This document shows positions 43,306 through 51,203 of a stretch of DNA of 64,000 bases, in pieces. The translations under genes were made by a program, and so were the position numbers. Source of the stretch: an uncultured Oscillospiraceae bacterium. GTDB lineage: Bacteria; Bacillota; Clostridia; Oscillospirales; Oscillospiraceae. The notes under the pieces were generated by a model. It saw only the letters and a list, made by a program, of their open reading frames with translations, was not told where the DNA came from and searched no databases. Position 1 is the stretch's first letter. Each line of letters opens with the position of its first letter. The stretch is from assembly GCA_910587505.1 (NCBI GenBank), contig CAJULD010000003.1:5370-69369 (forward strand), given 5' to 3'.

Positions 43306-44288
43306 ACCGGCCCCGCCGCCTGCGGCGGACCGACTGCATCCGGCGCCTGAACCGGGAGACCCGGCTGAGCGTGGATTCGCTGATCTATCCGGTTTTTGTG
43401 GACGAGACGCTCTCCGGCGTGCGGCCCATTGAGAGCATGCCGGGGCAGAACCACTACGGTCTGGACAGAGTGCATGAGGCGGTAGAGGATTGCCTGAATG
43501 CCGGCGTGAATCACTGCATTCTTTTCGGACTGCCCGCCAGGAAGGACGCGTGCGGTTCCTCCGCCTGGGCGGAGCACGGCGTCATTCAGGAGGCCGTCCG
43601 GACCATCAAGGCCACGTTTCCCGATTTCACCGTGATTACCGACGTGTGCATGTGCGAGTACACGGATCACGGCCACTGCGGCATTCTCCGCAGGCACGGC
43701 CATGACTGCGATGTGGACAACGACGAGACGCTGGAGTATCTGGCTAAGATTGCCGTCAGCCATGCCGCCGCCGGCGCGGACATGGTGGCCCCCTCGGACA
43801 TGATGGACGGCCACGTGGCAGTCCTTCGGAAGGCCCTGGATAAGAACGGCTTCCAGGACACCGCCATTATGGCCTACTCCGCCAAGTACGCCTCCGCTTT
43901 CTACGGACCCTTCCGCGCCGCCGCCGGGTCGGCGCCCTCCCTCGGGGACCGGAAGGGCTATCAGATGGACCCCCATAACCGGAAGGAGGCCCTCCGGGAG
44001 TGCGCCCTGGACGCGGCGGAGGGAGCGGATATCCTGATGGTCAAGCCTGCGCTGAGCTATCTGGATGTGATCCGGGAGTGCGCGGAGACCTTCGACCTGC
44101 CGCTTTGCGCCTATTCCGTCTCCGGCGAGTACGCCATGATTAAGGCGGCCGCGGCTGCCGGACTGGTGGACGAACAGCGGATCATGTGCGAGACGGCGCT
44201 GTCCATCTTCCGGGCCGGAGCGAACATGCTTATCACCTACTATGCCCAGGAGCTCGCCAAAGCTATCTATATGGGCGAGATCGGTTAA
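43293..44288 (+). CDS. hemB: Porphobilinogen synthase (delta-aminolevulinic acid dehydratase)
   Basis: RPRRLR, zinc-site CMCEYTDHGHCG, MVAPSDMMDG, SAKYASAFYGPFR, MVKPA. Confidence 0.9.
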   Translation: MELVNRPRRLRRTDCIRRLNRETRLSVDSLIYPVFVDETLSGVRPIESMPGQNHYGLDRVHEAVEDCLNAGVNHCILFGLPARKDACGSSAWAEHGVIQEAVRTIKATFPDFTVITDVCMCEYTDHGHCGILRRHGHDCDVDNDETLEYLAKIAVSHAAAGADMVAPSDMMDGHVAVLRKALDKNGFQDTAIMAYSAKYASAFYGPFRAAAGSAPSLGDRKGYQMDPHNRKEALRECALDAAEGADILMVKPALSYLDVIRECAETFDLPLCAYSVSGEYAMIKAAAAAGLVDEQRIMCETALSIFRAGANMLITYYAQELAKAIYMGEIG

Positions 44289-44336
44289 AACAGAGCGGCG
44301 GCAGGGGGGATACCCTGCCGCCGCTCTGTTTTGTTT
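44289..44336 (+). terminator. Intrinsic terminator (18-bp perfect stem + TTGTTT)
   Basis: aacagagcggcggcaggg / ccctgccgccgctctgtt, immediately after the hemB stop. Confidence 0.7.
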
Positions 44337-45450
44337 ACATGCTCCGGGAATACTTTTCAACGATCTGCTTCAACTCGTCCCAGTGCTCCTCCATGTCGCT
44401 TACCAGCTTGCACTGAGTCCGGCAGCGGTCCAGGTTCTGGCGTTCCCGGCTGATGTGGAAATACACGTCCCCCTCCAGGTAATCGGTGAGGAACCGCATG
44501 CCGCACTCCAGCGTCATCAGCTTGGCCCCCCACGGCAGATACTCGATTTCCTGTTTCGTCAGCGTCCCGCCTGCGCCCTCCAGGAAGGCGCGGGTGTACG
44601 TGTCGAAAAGGGCTACGTCCAGGTTGACCCTGCTCAGGTCCGTCTCATCCTCGGCGCTGTGGTTGGCCCCGAAGCGGATGGAATCCCCGAAATCATTGAT
44701 GGCCAGTCCCGGCATGACGGTGTCCAGATCGATGATGCAGATGCCCTCTCCGGTTTTCTCATCCATGAGGACGTTGTTGAGCTTGGTATCGTTATGGGTG
44801 ACCCGCAGGGGCAGCTTCCCGTCCCGCAGCGCCTGGAGCGCCACGGAGCAGTCCGCCTCCCGGTCCAGCATGAAGCGGATCTCCCTGCCGCACTCCGCGG
44901 CCCGGCCCAGCCTGTCCTCCTTCACGGCGGCCTTCAGCCGCGCCAGCCGGTCCTCCGTATCATGGAAGCGGGGGATCGTCTCATGAAGCGTCTGGGCGGG
45001 ATAGCCCTGCAAAAGCCGCTGGAAGCGGCCAAAGGCCCGGCCCGAGGCCGCGAACAGCTCCGCCGTCTCCGCCGACTGGCAGCAGACCGTCCCCTCTACG
45101 AAGGGATACACCCGCCACGCGCCGCCGTCCCGGTCGGTATAGCAGCTCTCTCCGTTCCGGGGCCGGATGACCCGCAGGGCCTCCCGCTCCCGGTCGCCGT
45201 GATTGCGCTCGATCTCCCGGCCAAGATATTCCGTCACGCCGGTGATATTCTCCATCAGCTGGTCAGGGTGCCTGAAGGCGGCGGCGCTCATGCGCTGGAG
45301 AATGAACCGCCGGCAGCAGCGGTCCTCCGGCTGGGTGTGGACCACAAAGGTGTCGTTGATATGCCCCTGTCCGAATCGGATGGCCCCCACGGTGGGCGCG
45401 CCGAAGTCAAAGGCCGCCAGGACCTCTTCAAGATATGCTTCCGCCTTCAT
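44335..45450 (-). CDS. APH-fold anomeric sugar kinase (N-acetylhexosamine 1-kinase / AmgK-like)
   Basis: GQGHINDTF, HNDTKLNNVLMD (catalytic loop), IIDLDTVMPG. ATG 45450 after GGGAGGAAG. ATGA overlap with the upstream gene. Confidence 0.7.
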   Translation of the reverse strand: MKAEAYLEEVLAAFDFGAPTVGAIRFGQGHINDTFVVHTQPEDRCCRRFILQRMSAAAFRHPDQLMENITGVTEYLGREIERNHGDREREALRVIRPRNGESCYTDRDGGAWRVYPFVEGTVCCQSAETAELFAASGRAFGRFQRLLQGYPAQTLHETIPRFHDTEDRLARLKAAVKEDRLGRAAECGREIRFMLDREADCSVALQALRDGKLPLRVTHNDTKLNNVLMDEKTGEGICIIDLDTVMPGLAINDFGDSIRFGANHSAEDETDLSRVNLDVALFDTYTRAFLEGAGGTLTKQEIEYLPWGAKLMTLECGMRFLTDYLEGDVYFHISRERQNLDRCRTQCKLVSDMEEHWDELKQIVEKYSRSM

Positions 45451-46376
45451 TCCGCTTCCTCCCACAGCCGGTCCGGATAGAGGCCGGACGCGGTTTTTTC
45501 ACGGATGGCCGCCTCTACCATGGGCTTGTCCTCCCGGTAGGTGACGCCATACCACTTGTCTGTGCTGCGCAGCACCTTCACTCTTGCCTTCCCCTCGTCG
45601 ATGAGCCAGCTGACCACGGTGGGCAGGAAGTATTCCGCCCCGGCGGGGTTTTCTGAGAGCGCCCTGTCCAGAAACCGGGGGAACCGGTCCCAGGCTTCCT
45701 CCAGGAAGCTGCGGTTGAATCCCCACATATTCATGGACACGATGGTTTCTCCCGGCAGCTCCGTCCAGGTCTTTCCGCCGTCCTCGGTGTACCGGGGCGG
45801 CTCGCCCTTCTCGATCCTGGTGCGCTCGGTGACCTGCGTGAGGAAGTGCTCCGCCGTTTCCTGGCACACGCCCCGGGCCACCGTCCCGTTTTCCGTGACG
45901 GTATTTTTCAGCAGATATCCCACCATGGCATACTCGTACATATCTCCGTCGGGATGCCCGCTGAGGTAATCAAAGATCTCCCGGAAGGCCTCCGGTCCAT
46001 AGTAGTCGTCGGCATTGATGACAGCGAAGGGCCCGTCCACCACATTCCGGGCGGCAAGGACCGCCTGGGCGGTGCCCCAGGGCTTGGTCCGCTCTGCCGG
46101 AGCGGTGTATCCCTCCGGCAGGTCCTCCCGGCTCTGGTAGACGTAGCGCACGTCCATAACCTTTGCCAGACGGTCGCCCGCAAGAGCCTTAAAATCCGCC
46201 TCGATCTCCGGCTTGATGACGAACACCACCGTCTCAAATCCCGCCCTTCTGGCGTCGTAAACGGAGTAGTCCAGAATCACCTGACCATGATTTCCCACCG
46301 GGTCCAGCTGCTTGAGTCCGCCGTAGCGGCTGCCCATGCCGGCCGCCATAATGACTAAAACAGGTTTTTTGCTCAT
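45447..46376 (-). CDS. Sugar-1-phosphate nucleotidyltransferase
   Basis: VLVIMAAGMGSRYGGLKQL pyrophosphorylase signature. Start at internal ATG 46376. Confidence 0.75.
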   Translation of the reverse strand: MSKKPVLVIMAAGMGSRYGGLKQLDPVGNHGQVILDYSVYDARRAGFETVVFVIKPEIEADFKALAGDRLAKVMDVRYVYQSREDLPEGYTAPAERTKPWGTAQAVLAARNVVDGPFAVINADDYYGPEAFREIFDYLSGHPDGDMYEYAMVGYLLKNTVTENGTVARGVCQETAEHFLTQVTERTRIEKGEPPRYTEDGGKTWTELPGETIVSMNMWGFNRSFLEEAWDRFPRFLDRALSENPAGAEYFLPTVVSWLIDEGKARVKVLRSTDKWYGVTYREDKPMVEAAIREKTASGLYPDRLWEEAE

Positions 46377-46445
46377 TTTTCCATTCTCCTCCTCTGATCC
46401 GCAGATTTTGGTATGCCTCCGGATTTTATTGTAGCAGGTCCGCAG

Positions 46446-46518
46446 AGAAAAAATAGGATGCATCGTTCCGAATATAGCAAAATCTTTCGTGATGAGAATA
46501 ATTGTACGAATTGCAAAA
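46446..46518 (-). promoter_or_regulatory. About 73-bp promoter/operator module, copy B (drives the nucleotidyltransferase-kinase operon)
   Basis: The reverse complement aligns ungapped with 47553-47625 (58/73 identical by hand count). Contains TTTTGCAATTCGTACAATT box and extended -10 TGCTATATT. Confidence 0.6.
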
Positions 46519-46670
46519 AAAGAGGTCCTGTTTTTGTTCAGGAGAACGAAAGCGGCGGTCTGCCCGCTGCCGCCCCCGGCGGCGGCAGTCCCCCTTGCCT
46601 TTCCCGGCCCGGATATGGTATACTATGTCCCATAGAATCCGGGGAAAAGCCCCCGCCGGGAGGGACGGCA

Positions 46671-47528
46671 GTGAACATCTTCTTCGATCAGGAGCAGCTG
46701 ATGCAGCTGCTCGCCAATCTCTACGTATTTACCGGCATGGCCGCCAATATTCTTGACCCCCAGGGGCGGGACATCAACCTCTTTGAGGGGCACCCTCCTT
46801 TTTGCAGGGCGGTCAACGCCCTGCCGGAGGGCCACCGGCGGTGCGTGGACTGCGACGCGTGGAAGGTGAGAAGCTACAGCGCCGCCAGGGGGTTCCAGTT
46901 TTACCGCTGTCACGCCGGCGTCTGCGAGGCCGTCATGCCTCTGTTTGACAAAAACCATCCTCTGGCCTATCTGGTTTTCGGGTGCTTCCTGGACGAATCC
47001 CCCATGGAGGAGCAGTGGGCGCGCAGCCGTCCCCTGCTGGAGTGGTATCCCGGCGGGCCGGAAGCGCTGAAGGACGCCTTTTTCCAGTTCCGGCAGTATT
47101 CCCCGGCGGAGCTGAAGGCCTATTCGGAGCTTCTGGAGGCGCTGGCGGCCTATATCCAGCTGAAGGGGATGATTCTGACCACGGAGAAGACAGACCTGCA
47201 AAAGCTGGAGCTCTATCTGGATCAGCACTACATGGAAAAGCTGTCGCTGGAGACCATCTCCGAGGCGCTCCATATTGGACGCACCAAGCTCTGCCGTCTG
47301 GCCAAGGAGCTTTCCGGCGGACAGACGCTGTCCTTCCTGATTGCCCAGCGGCGCATTGAGGCCGCCAAGACCCTGCTGCGGCAGAACGATCTGCCGGTCT
47401 CCGCCGTGGCGGAGGCGGTGGGCGTGAGCGACTACAACTACTTTTCCCGCGTTTTCCGGTCAGTCACCGGGACGACCCCCAGAAATTTCCGAAAAAAATG
47501 GCGGCAGGAGCCGAATGACTTTGGTTAA
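46671..47528 (+). CDS. PocR sensor domain + AraC-type HTH transcriptional regulator
   Basis: PocR-like N-terminus (ANILDPQGRDI...FCRAV...RCVDCD...YRCHAGVCEAVMPL) and C-terminal AraC HTH. GTG 46671 after GGGAGGGA. Confidence 0.75.
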   Translation: MNIFFDQEQLMQLLANLYVFTGMAANILDPQGRDINLFEGHPPFCRAVNALPEGHRRCVDCDAWKVRSYSAARGFQFYRCHAGVCEAVMPLFDKNHPLAYLVFGCFLDESPMEEQWARSRPLLEWYPGGPEALKDAFFQFRQYSPAELKAYSELLEALAAYIQLKGMILTTEKTDLQKLELYLDQHYMEKLSLETISEALHIGRTKLCRLAKELSGGQTLSFLIAQRRIEAAKTLLRQNDLPVSAVAEAVGVSDYNYFSRVFRSVTGTTPRNFRKKWRQEPNDFG

Positions 47529-47552
47529 ATTGCTGAAATTTCCTCTCGATAA

Positions 47553-47625
47553 TTTTGCGATTCGCACAATTTTTCGGATTATGTACGATTTTGCTATATT
47601 CTGAACGTTGGCACCTATTTTTTCC
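47553..47625 (+). promoter_or_regulatory. About 73-bp promoter/operator module, copy A (drives the ABC importer operon)
   Basis: TTTTGCGATTCGCACAATT box and extended -10 TGCTATATT (47593-47600). Inverted copy of 46446-46518. Confidence 0.6.
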
Positions 47626-47725
47626 AGAAGGAACCCGCTACAATATCTGACAGAATCGTGCGCCACACAGGGATACAAACCGGGTGAGGCGCGCCTTTCA
47701 TCAATGTTAAGGAGGAAGATTGAGA

Positions 47726-49003
47726 ATGAAGAAGAGAATGCTTGCCCTGCTGCTGGCTCTGTCCATGGTGTTCGCCCTGACCGCCTGCGGCGGCGGCGGT
47801 GGCGGAAAGACCACGCTGAACGTCATCATTTCCCAGTACGGCAACTACACCCAGGAGTGGTGGACCCAGTTTGAGAAGGATTTCGAGGCCGCCAACAAGA
47901 ACGTGGACCTGAACATCGAGATCGTCTCCTGGAACGACATCTACTCCGTCGTCTCCACCCGCATCCAGTCCAAGCAGCAGCCCGACATCCTCAACATCAG
48001 CGGCTTTGCCGATTATGTGGCCGACGACCTGCTGATGAAGGCCGAGGACTACACCTCCGCCGAGGTCAAGGCCAAGATCATCCCCAGCTTCTGGGAGTCC
48101 AATGACATTGACGGCACCGTGTGGGCCCTGCCCATCCTGGCTTCCTGCCGCCTGCTGTTCTGCAACATGGATCTGCTCAATGCGGCAGGCATCACCGAAG
48201 CTCCCAAAACCTGGGATGATGTACTCACCGCCTGCCAGGCCATCAAGGATACTCACGGCGACAGCGTTGTTCCCTGGGGTCTGGATATTTCCACTGACGA
48301 AGGTCAGGCCGCATTCTCCTACTATACCTGGAACATGGGCGGCGGCTTCGTGGACAGCAGCAACAACTGGGCTCTGAACAGCGACGCCAACGTGAAGGCC
48401 GTGGAGTACATCAAGACCCTGATCGATTCCGGCTACTGCAACTCCGCTCCCTACACCGATACCCGCTATCCCCTGCAGGACGCCTTCAGCGCCGGCACTC
48501 TGGCGATGATGATCGGACCCATGAACATGGTTTCTGCCGATTCCTCCGTCAACTACAAGTACACTGATATCCCCACCTCCACCGACAAATCCAGCGCCAT
48601 GGGCGTGTGCGATCAGTTGATGGTATTCAAGAACGATGCCGTGAAGGATCAGGACGCCCGCACCAAGGCTATCTCTGCCTTCTTCGATTTCTTCTATGAC
48701 TGCGAGCGTTACTCCAGTTACATGGTCTACGAGGGCTTCCTGCCCGCCACCACCGATGCGTCTGACAACCTGTCCGCCAACGCTGAGAAGTACATCAAGG
48801 GCGGCACCACCGATGTCACCGGCGACAGCGAGTACTTCGAGTTCTTCTGCGGTCTGCTGCCCAACTGTGGTTTCTACCCCATGGGCAAGGCGGAGTGGAT
48901 GGACGTGCGTAACGGCGTCATCGAGGTCGAGCAGCAGGTCTGCCAGGGCAGCATTTCCGCCAGGGATGCCCTGGACAATCTCCAGAAGAGCATCGCCGGC
49001 TAA
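47726..49003 (+). CDS. ABC transporter solute-binding lipoprotein (CUT1 sugar type)
   Basis: Lipobox LTAC plus poly-Gly linker. ATG 47726 preferred over TTG 47720 (AAGGAGG at 47709-47715). Confidence 0.85.
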   Translation: MKKRMLALLLALSMVFALTACGGGGGGKTTLNVIISQYGNYTQEWWTQFEKDFEAANKNVDLNIEIVSWNDIYSVVSTRIQSKQQPDILNISGFADYVADDLLMKAEDYTSAEVKAKIIPSFWESNDIDGTVWALPILASCRLLFCNMDLLNAAGITEAPKTWDDVLTACQAIKDTHGDSVVPWGLDISTDEGQAAFSYYTWNMGGGFVDSSNNWALNSDANVKAVEYIKTLIDSGYCNSAPYTDTRYPLQDAFSAGTLAMMIGPMNMVSADSSVNYKYTDIPTSTDKSSAMGVCDQLMVFKNDAVKDQDARTKAISAFFDFFYDCERYSSYMVYEGFLPATTDASDNLSANAEKYIKGGTTDVTGDSEYFEFFCGLLPNCGFYPMGKAEWMDVRNGVIEVEQQVCQGSISARDALDNLQKSIAG

Positions 49004-49078
49004 CCATCTGACCGGACAACAGGGAGGGGCCAGCAGGCCCCTTCCTTCTATTTCGAAGGCAAGTAAGGAGGCTCGTCT

Positions 49079-50020
49079 ATGAAAGAAAATAAGCCCCGCG
49101 CGAACCTGAACATAAAAAAGAAAGAAAATAAGCCCCGCACGAACCTGAACATGAAGAAAGTGGAGCCCTACATCTGGCTGCTGCCCAGCATCCTGCTGAT
49201 GGGCGTCATGATCCTGGTCCCCATTTTCAGCGTGTTCCAGACCTCGTTTTCCGAGATCAGCAAGTCCGGCGTCAATAAGGGCTTCAACGGGGTGAGCAAC
49301 TACCTCTGGATCTTCCAGAACCCCACCTTCTGGAACACCCTGTGGAACACGGTGGTCTGGACCGTGGTGGTGGTAGGCATCTCCACCATCCTGGGCATCA
49401 TCCTGGGCCTGGTTCTGAACGAGAAATTCCACGGACGAAAGATCGTCCGGGCCATCGTGGTGTTCCCCTGGGCCACGGCCCTCATCATCCAGTCCGTCAT
49501 CTGGAAGTACATCATCAACGCCGACTACGGCGCTCTCAACGCCCTGCTGCTCAAGCTGGGCCTCATCGACAGCTACGTGAACTGGACCGCCACCCCCGGG
49601 CAGTTCTTCGCCTGGGAGTGCTTCGTGGGTATCCTGGTCACCATCCCCTTCGTCACCTTCTGCGTCCTCTCCGGCCTCCAGAGCATCGACACCTCGCTCT
49701 ATGAGGCCGCCGACGTGGACGGGGCCACCTTCTGGAACCGGCTGTTCCGGATCACACTGCCCCTGCTGATGCCCAGCCTGACGGTGTCCACGGTGCTGAA
49801 CATCATCTACGTGTTCAACTCCTTCCCCATCATCTGGACGATCTCCAAGGGCGACCCGGCGGACCAGACCCACACTCTGGTCACCTACCTCTACAAGCTC
49901 TCCTTCACCAGTCAGAAGGTGGGCGAGGCGGCGGCGGTGTCCGTGGTAGGCTTCGTGATCCTGGCCGCCTGCGCCAGCATCTACATGATTATCACCCTGC
50001 GGGCGGAAAAGGAGGAGTAA
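49079..50020 (+). CDS. Carbohydrate ABC transporter permease (CUT1), with duplicated N-terminal tail
   Basis: EAA loop YEAADVDGATFWNRLFRITLPLLMP. AGGAGG 7 nt upstream of ATG 49079. Confidence 0.85.
   Translation: MKENKPRANLNIKKKENKPRTNLNMKKVEPYIWLLPSILLMGVMILVPIFSVFQTSFSEISKSGVNKGFNGVSNYLWIFQNPTFWNTLWNTVVWTVVVVGISTILGIILGLVLNEKFHGRKIVRAIVVFPWATALIIQSVIWKYIINADYGALNALLLKLGLIDSYVNWTATPGQFFAWECFVGILVTIPFVTFCVLSGLQSIDTSLYEAADVDGATFWNRLFRITLPLLMPSLTVSTVLNIIYVFNSFPIIWTISKGDPADQTHTLVTYLYKLSFTSQKVGEAAAVSVVGFVILAACASIYMIITLRAEKEE
49081..49152 (+). repeat. In-frame tandem duplication, 39-nt period, 33-nt cores differing at one base
   Basis: gaaagaaaataagccccgcGcgaacctgaacat at 49081-49113 versus the same with cAc at 49120-49152. 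Encodes KENKPRANLN / KENKPRTNLN. Confidence 0.9.
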
Positions 50021-50023
50021 CCG

Positions 50024-50860
50024 ATGAAAGTAAAGAAATCCCCCTGGTCGCGGATTGCGCTGTACCTGTTCGTGTTCGTCATCTGCGTGGTGATCCTGTA
50101 CCCCTACTTCGTCATGTTCACCACCGCGGCCAAGAGCAACGATGAAATGTACGCCATCGGCGGCAGCCTGATGCCCTCCGTCTGGCAGTGGTCCAACTTC
50201 CTTGACATCTGGCGGGAGGCCCCTGTCTTCAAGTACCTGCTCAACTCCATCATTGTGGCCGGCGGGGCCACCTTCCTGGCCATCCTCTGCGGCATCCCGG
50301 CGGCCTACGCCCTCTCCCGGATGCGCTTCAGGGGCAAGGGCATTTTCATGGGCGCGGTCATCATGAGCCAGATGTTCTCCCCGGTGGTGCTGCTGGTGGG
50401 CATCTACCGGCTGATGACGGCCATGCACCTGACCAACAGCCTGATCGGTCTGATCCTGCTCAACGCGGCTTTCAACCAGGCCTTCGCCATCTGGCTGCTG
50501 CGGGGAACCTTCACCTCCATCTCCTCGGAGATGGAACAGGCCGCCAAGATCGACGGCTGCGGCACGGTCCAGGCCCTGGTCCGGGTGCTGCTGCCGGTGT
50601 CGGCCCCCGGCATCGTCACCACCCTGATCTTCGTGTTCATCAACTCCTGGAACGAGTACACCATCGCCCTGACCCTGATCTCCAGCGATCTGCTCAAGCC
50701 CATCACCGTGGGCATCAACGTCTTTTACGGCTTCAACTTCATCAAGTGGCAGTACCTCTTCGCCACCTCTATTTTCGCCACCATCCCGGTAGTCGTCCTG
50801 TTCCTGTGCATTGAGAAGCACCTGGTGGCAGGCCTGACCTCCGGCGGCGTGAAGGGATAA
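50024..50860 (+). CDS. Carbohydrate ABC transporter permease (CUT1)
   Basis: EAA loop EQAAKIDGCGTVQALVRVLLPVSAPG. Confidence 0.85.
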   Translation: MKVKKSPWSRIALYLFVFVICVVILYPYFVMFTTAAKSNDEMYAIGGSLMPSVWQWSNFLDIWREAPVFKYLLNSIIVAGGATFLAILCGIPAAYALSRMRFRGKGIFMGAVIMSQMFSPVVLLVGIYRLMTAMHLTNSLIGLILLNAAFNQAFAIWLLRGTFTSISSEMEQAAKIDGCGTVQALVRVLLPVSAPGIVTTLIFVFINSWNEYTIALTLISSDLLKPITVGINVFYGFNFIKWQYLFATSIFATIPVVVLFLCIEKHLVAGLTSGGVKG

Positions 50861-50870
50861 ATTAAGTCAA

Positions 50871-50893
50871 AAAAGATGCTTCGCATCTTTTTT
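50871..50893 (+). terminator. Short A/U-flanked terminator hairpin after the ABC operon
   Basis: aaaagatgc-ttc-gcatctttttt read directly, 10 nt after the stop. Confidence 0.5.
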
Positions 50894-50975
50894 GAGGAAG
50901 AGCCGTCATTCAGCTCCGCTGAACGACCGGCCCGGCGGCCCAAGGACTGCCCCGCTCCGCTCTGCGCCGCGGTAG

Positions 50976-51139
50976 ATCGTGCGATGGCCGCATCGAGCGG
51001 CCACGCACGATTCAATTCTACACAGCCACTCGATGTGGCTGTGTAGAATCCACGACGCCCGCTCCACGCAAAGTGTTTTTTCCGGGGTACACGCCTCCGG
51101 AAAAAACGATTCCTATGGATTTGCGCCTGCAGGCGCAAA
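50976..51139 (+). repeat. Cluster of four strong hairpins/palindromes in the intergenic spacer
   Basis: 50976-51011: 15 bp + 1 bulge, loop atcga. 51015-51049: 15 bp perfect, loop tcgat. 51075-51107: 11 bp. 51120-51139: 20-bp perfect palindrome tttgcgcctgcaggcgcaaa. Confidence 0.75.
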
Positions 51140-51166
51140 CTCCTGCGGAGGGCTGTTTAACGGACG

Positions 51167-51200
51167 ATCCCCGCCGGTATTTTCCGGCGGGGATTTTTTT
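51167..51200 (+). terminator. Canonical intrinsic terminator (11-bp GC stem + T7), plus-strand orientation
   Basis: atccccgccgg-tatttt-ccggcggggat-ttttttt. There is no U-tract in the minus orientation. Confidence 0.65.
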
Positions 51201-51203
51201 GCT

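Noticed and set aside
47615-50821. A 1068-aa uninterrupted ORF antisense to the SBP and both permease genes, including their intergenic gaps.
   Set aside because: It is fully antisense to three genes that have clear family motifs, RBSs and lipobox/EAA loops. Its translation is low-complexity (Gly/Asp/His/Gln/Val runs), with no RBS and no recognisable domain. The sense genes use almost exclusively C/G-ending codons, which removes antisense stop codons. I treat it as a shadow ORF, although its length is striking.
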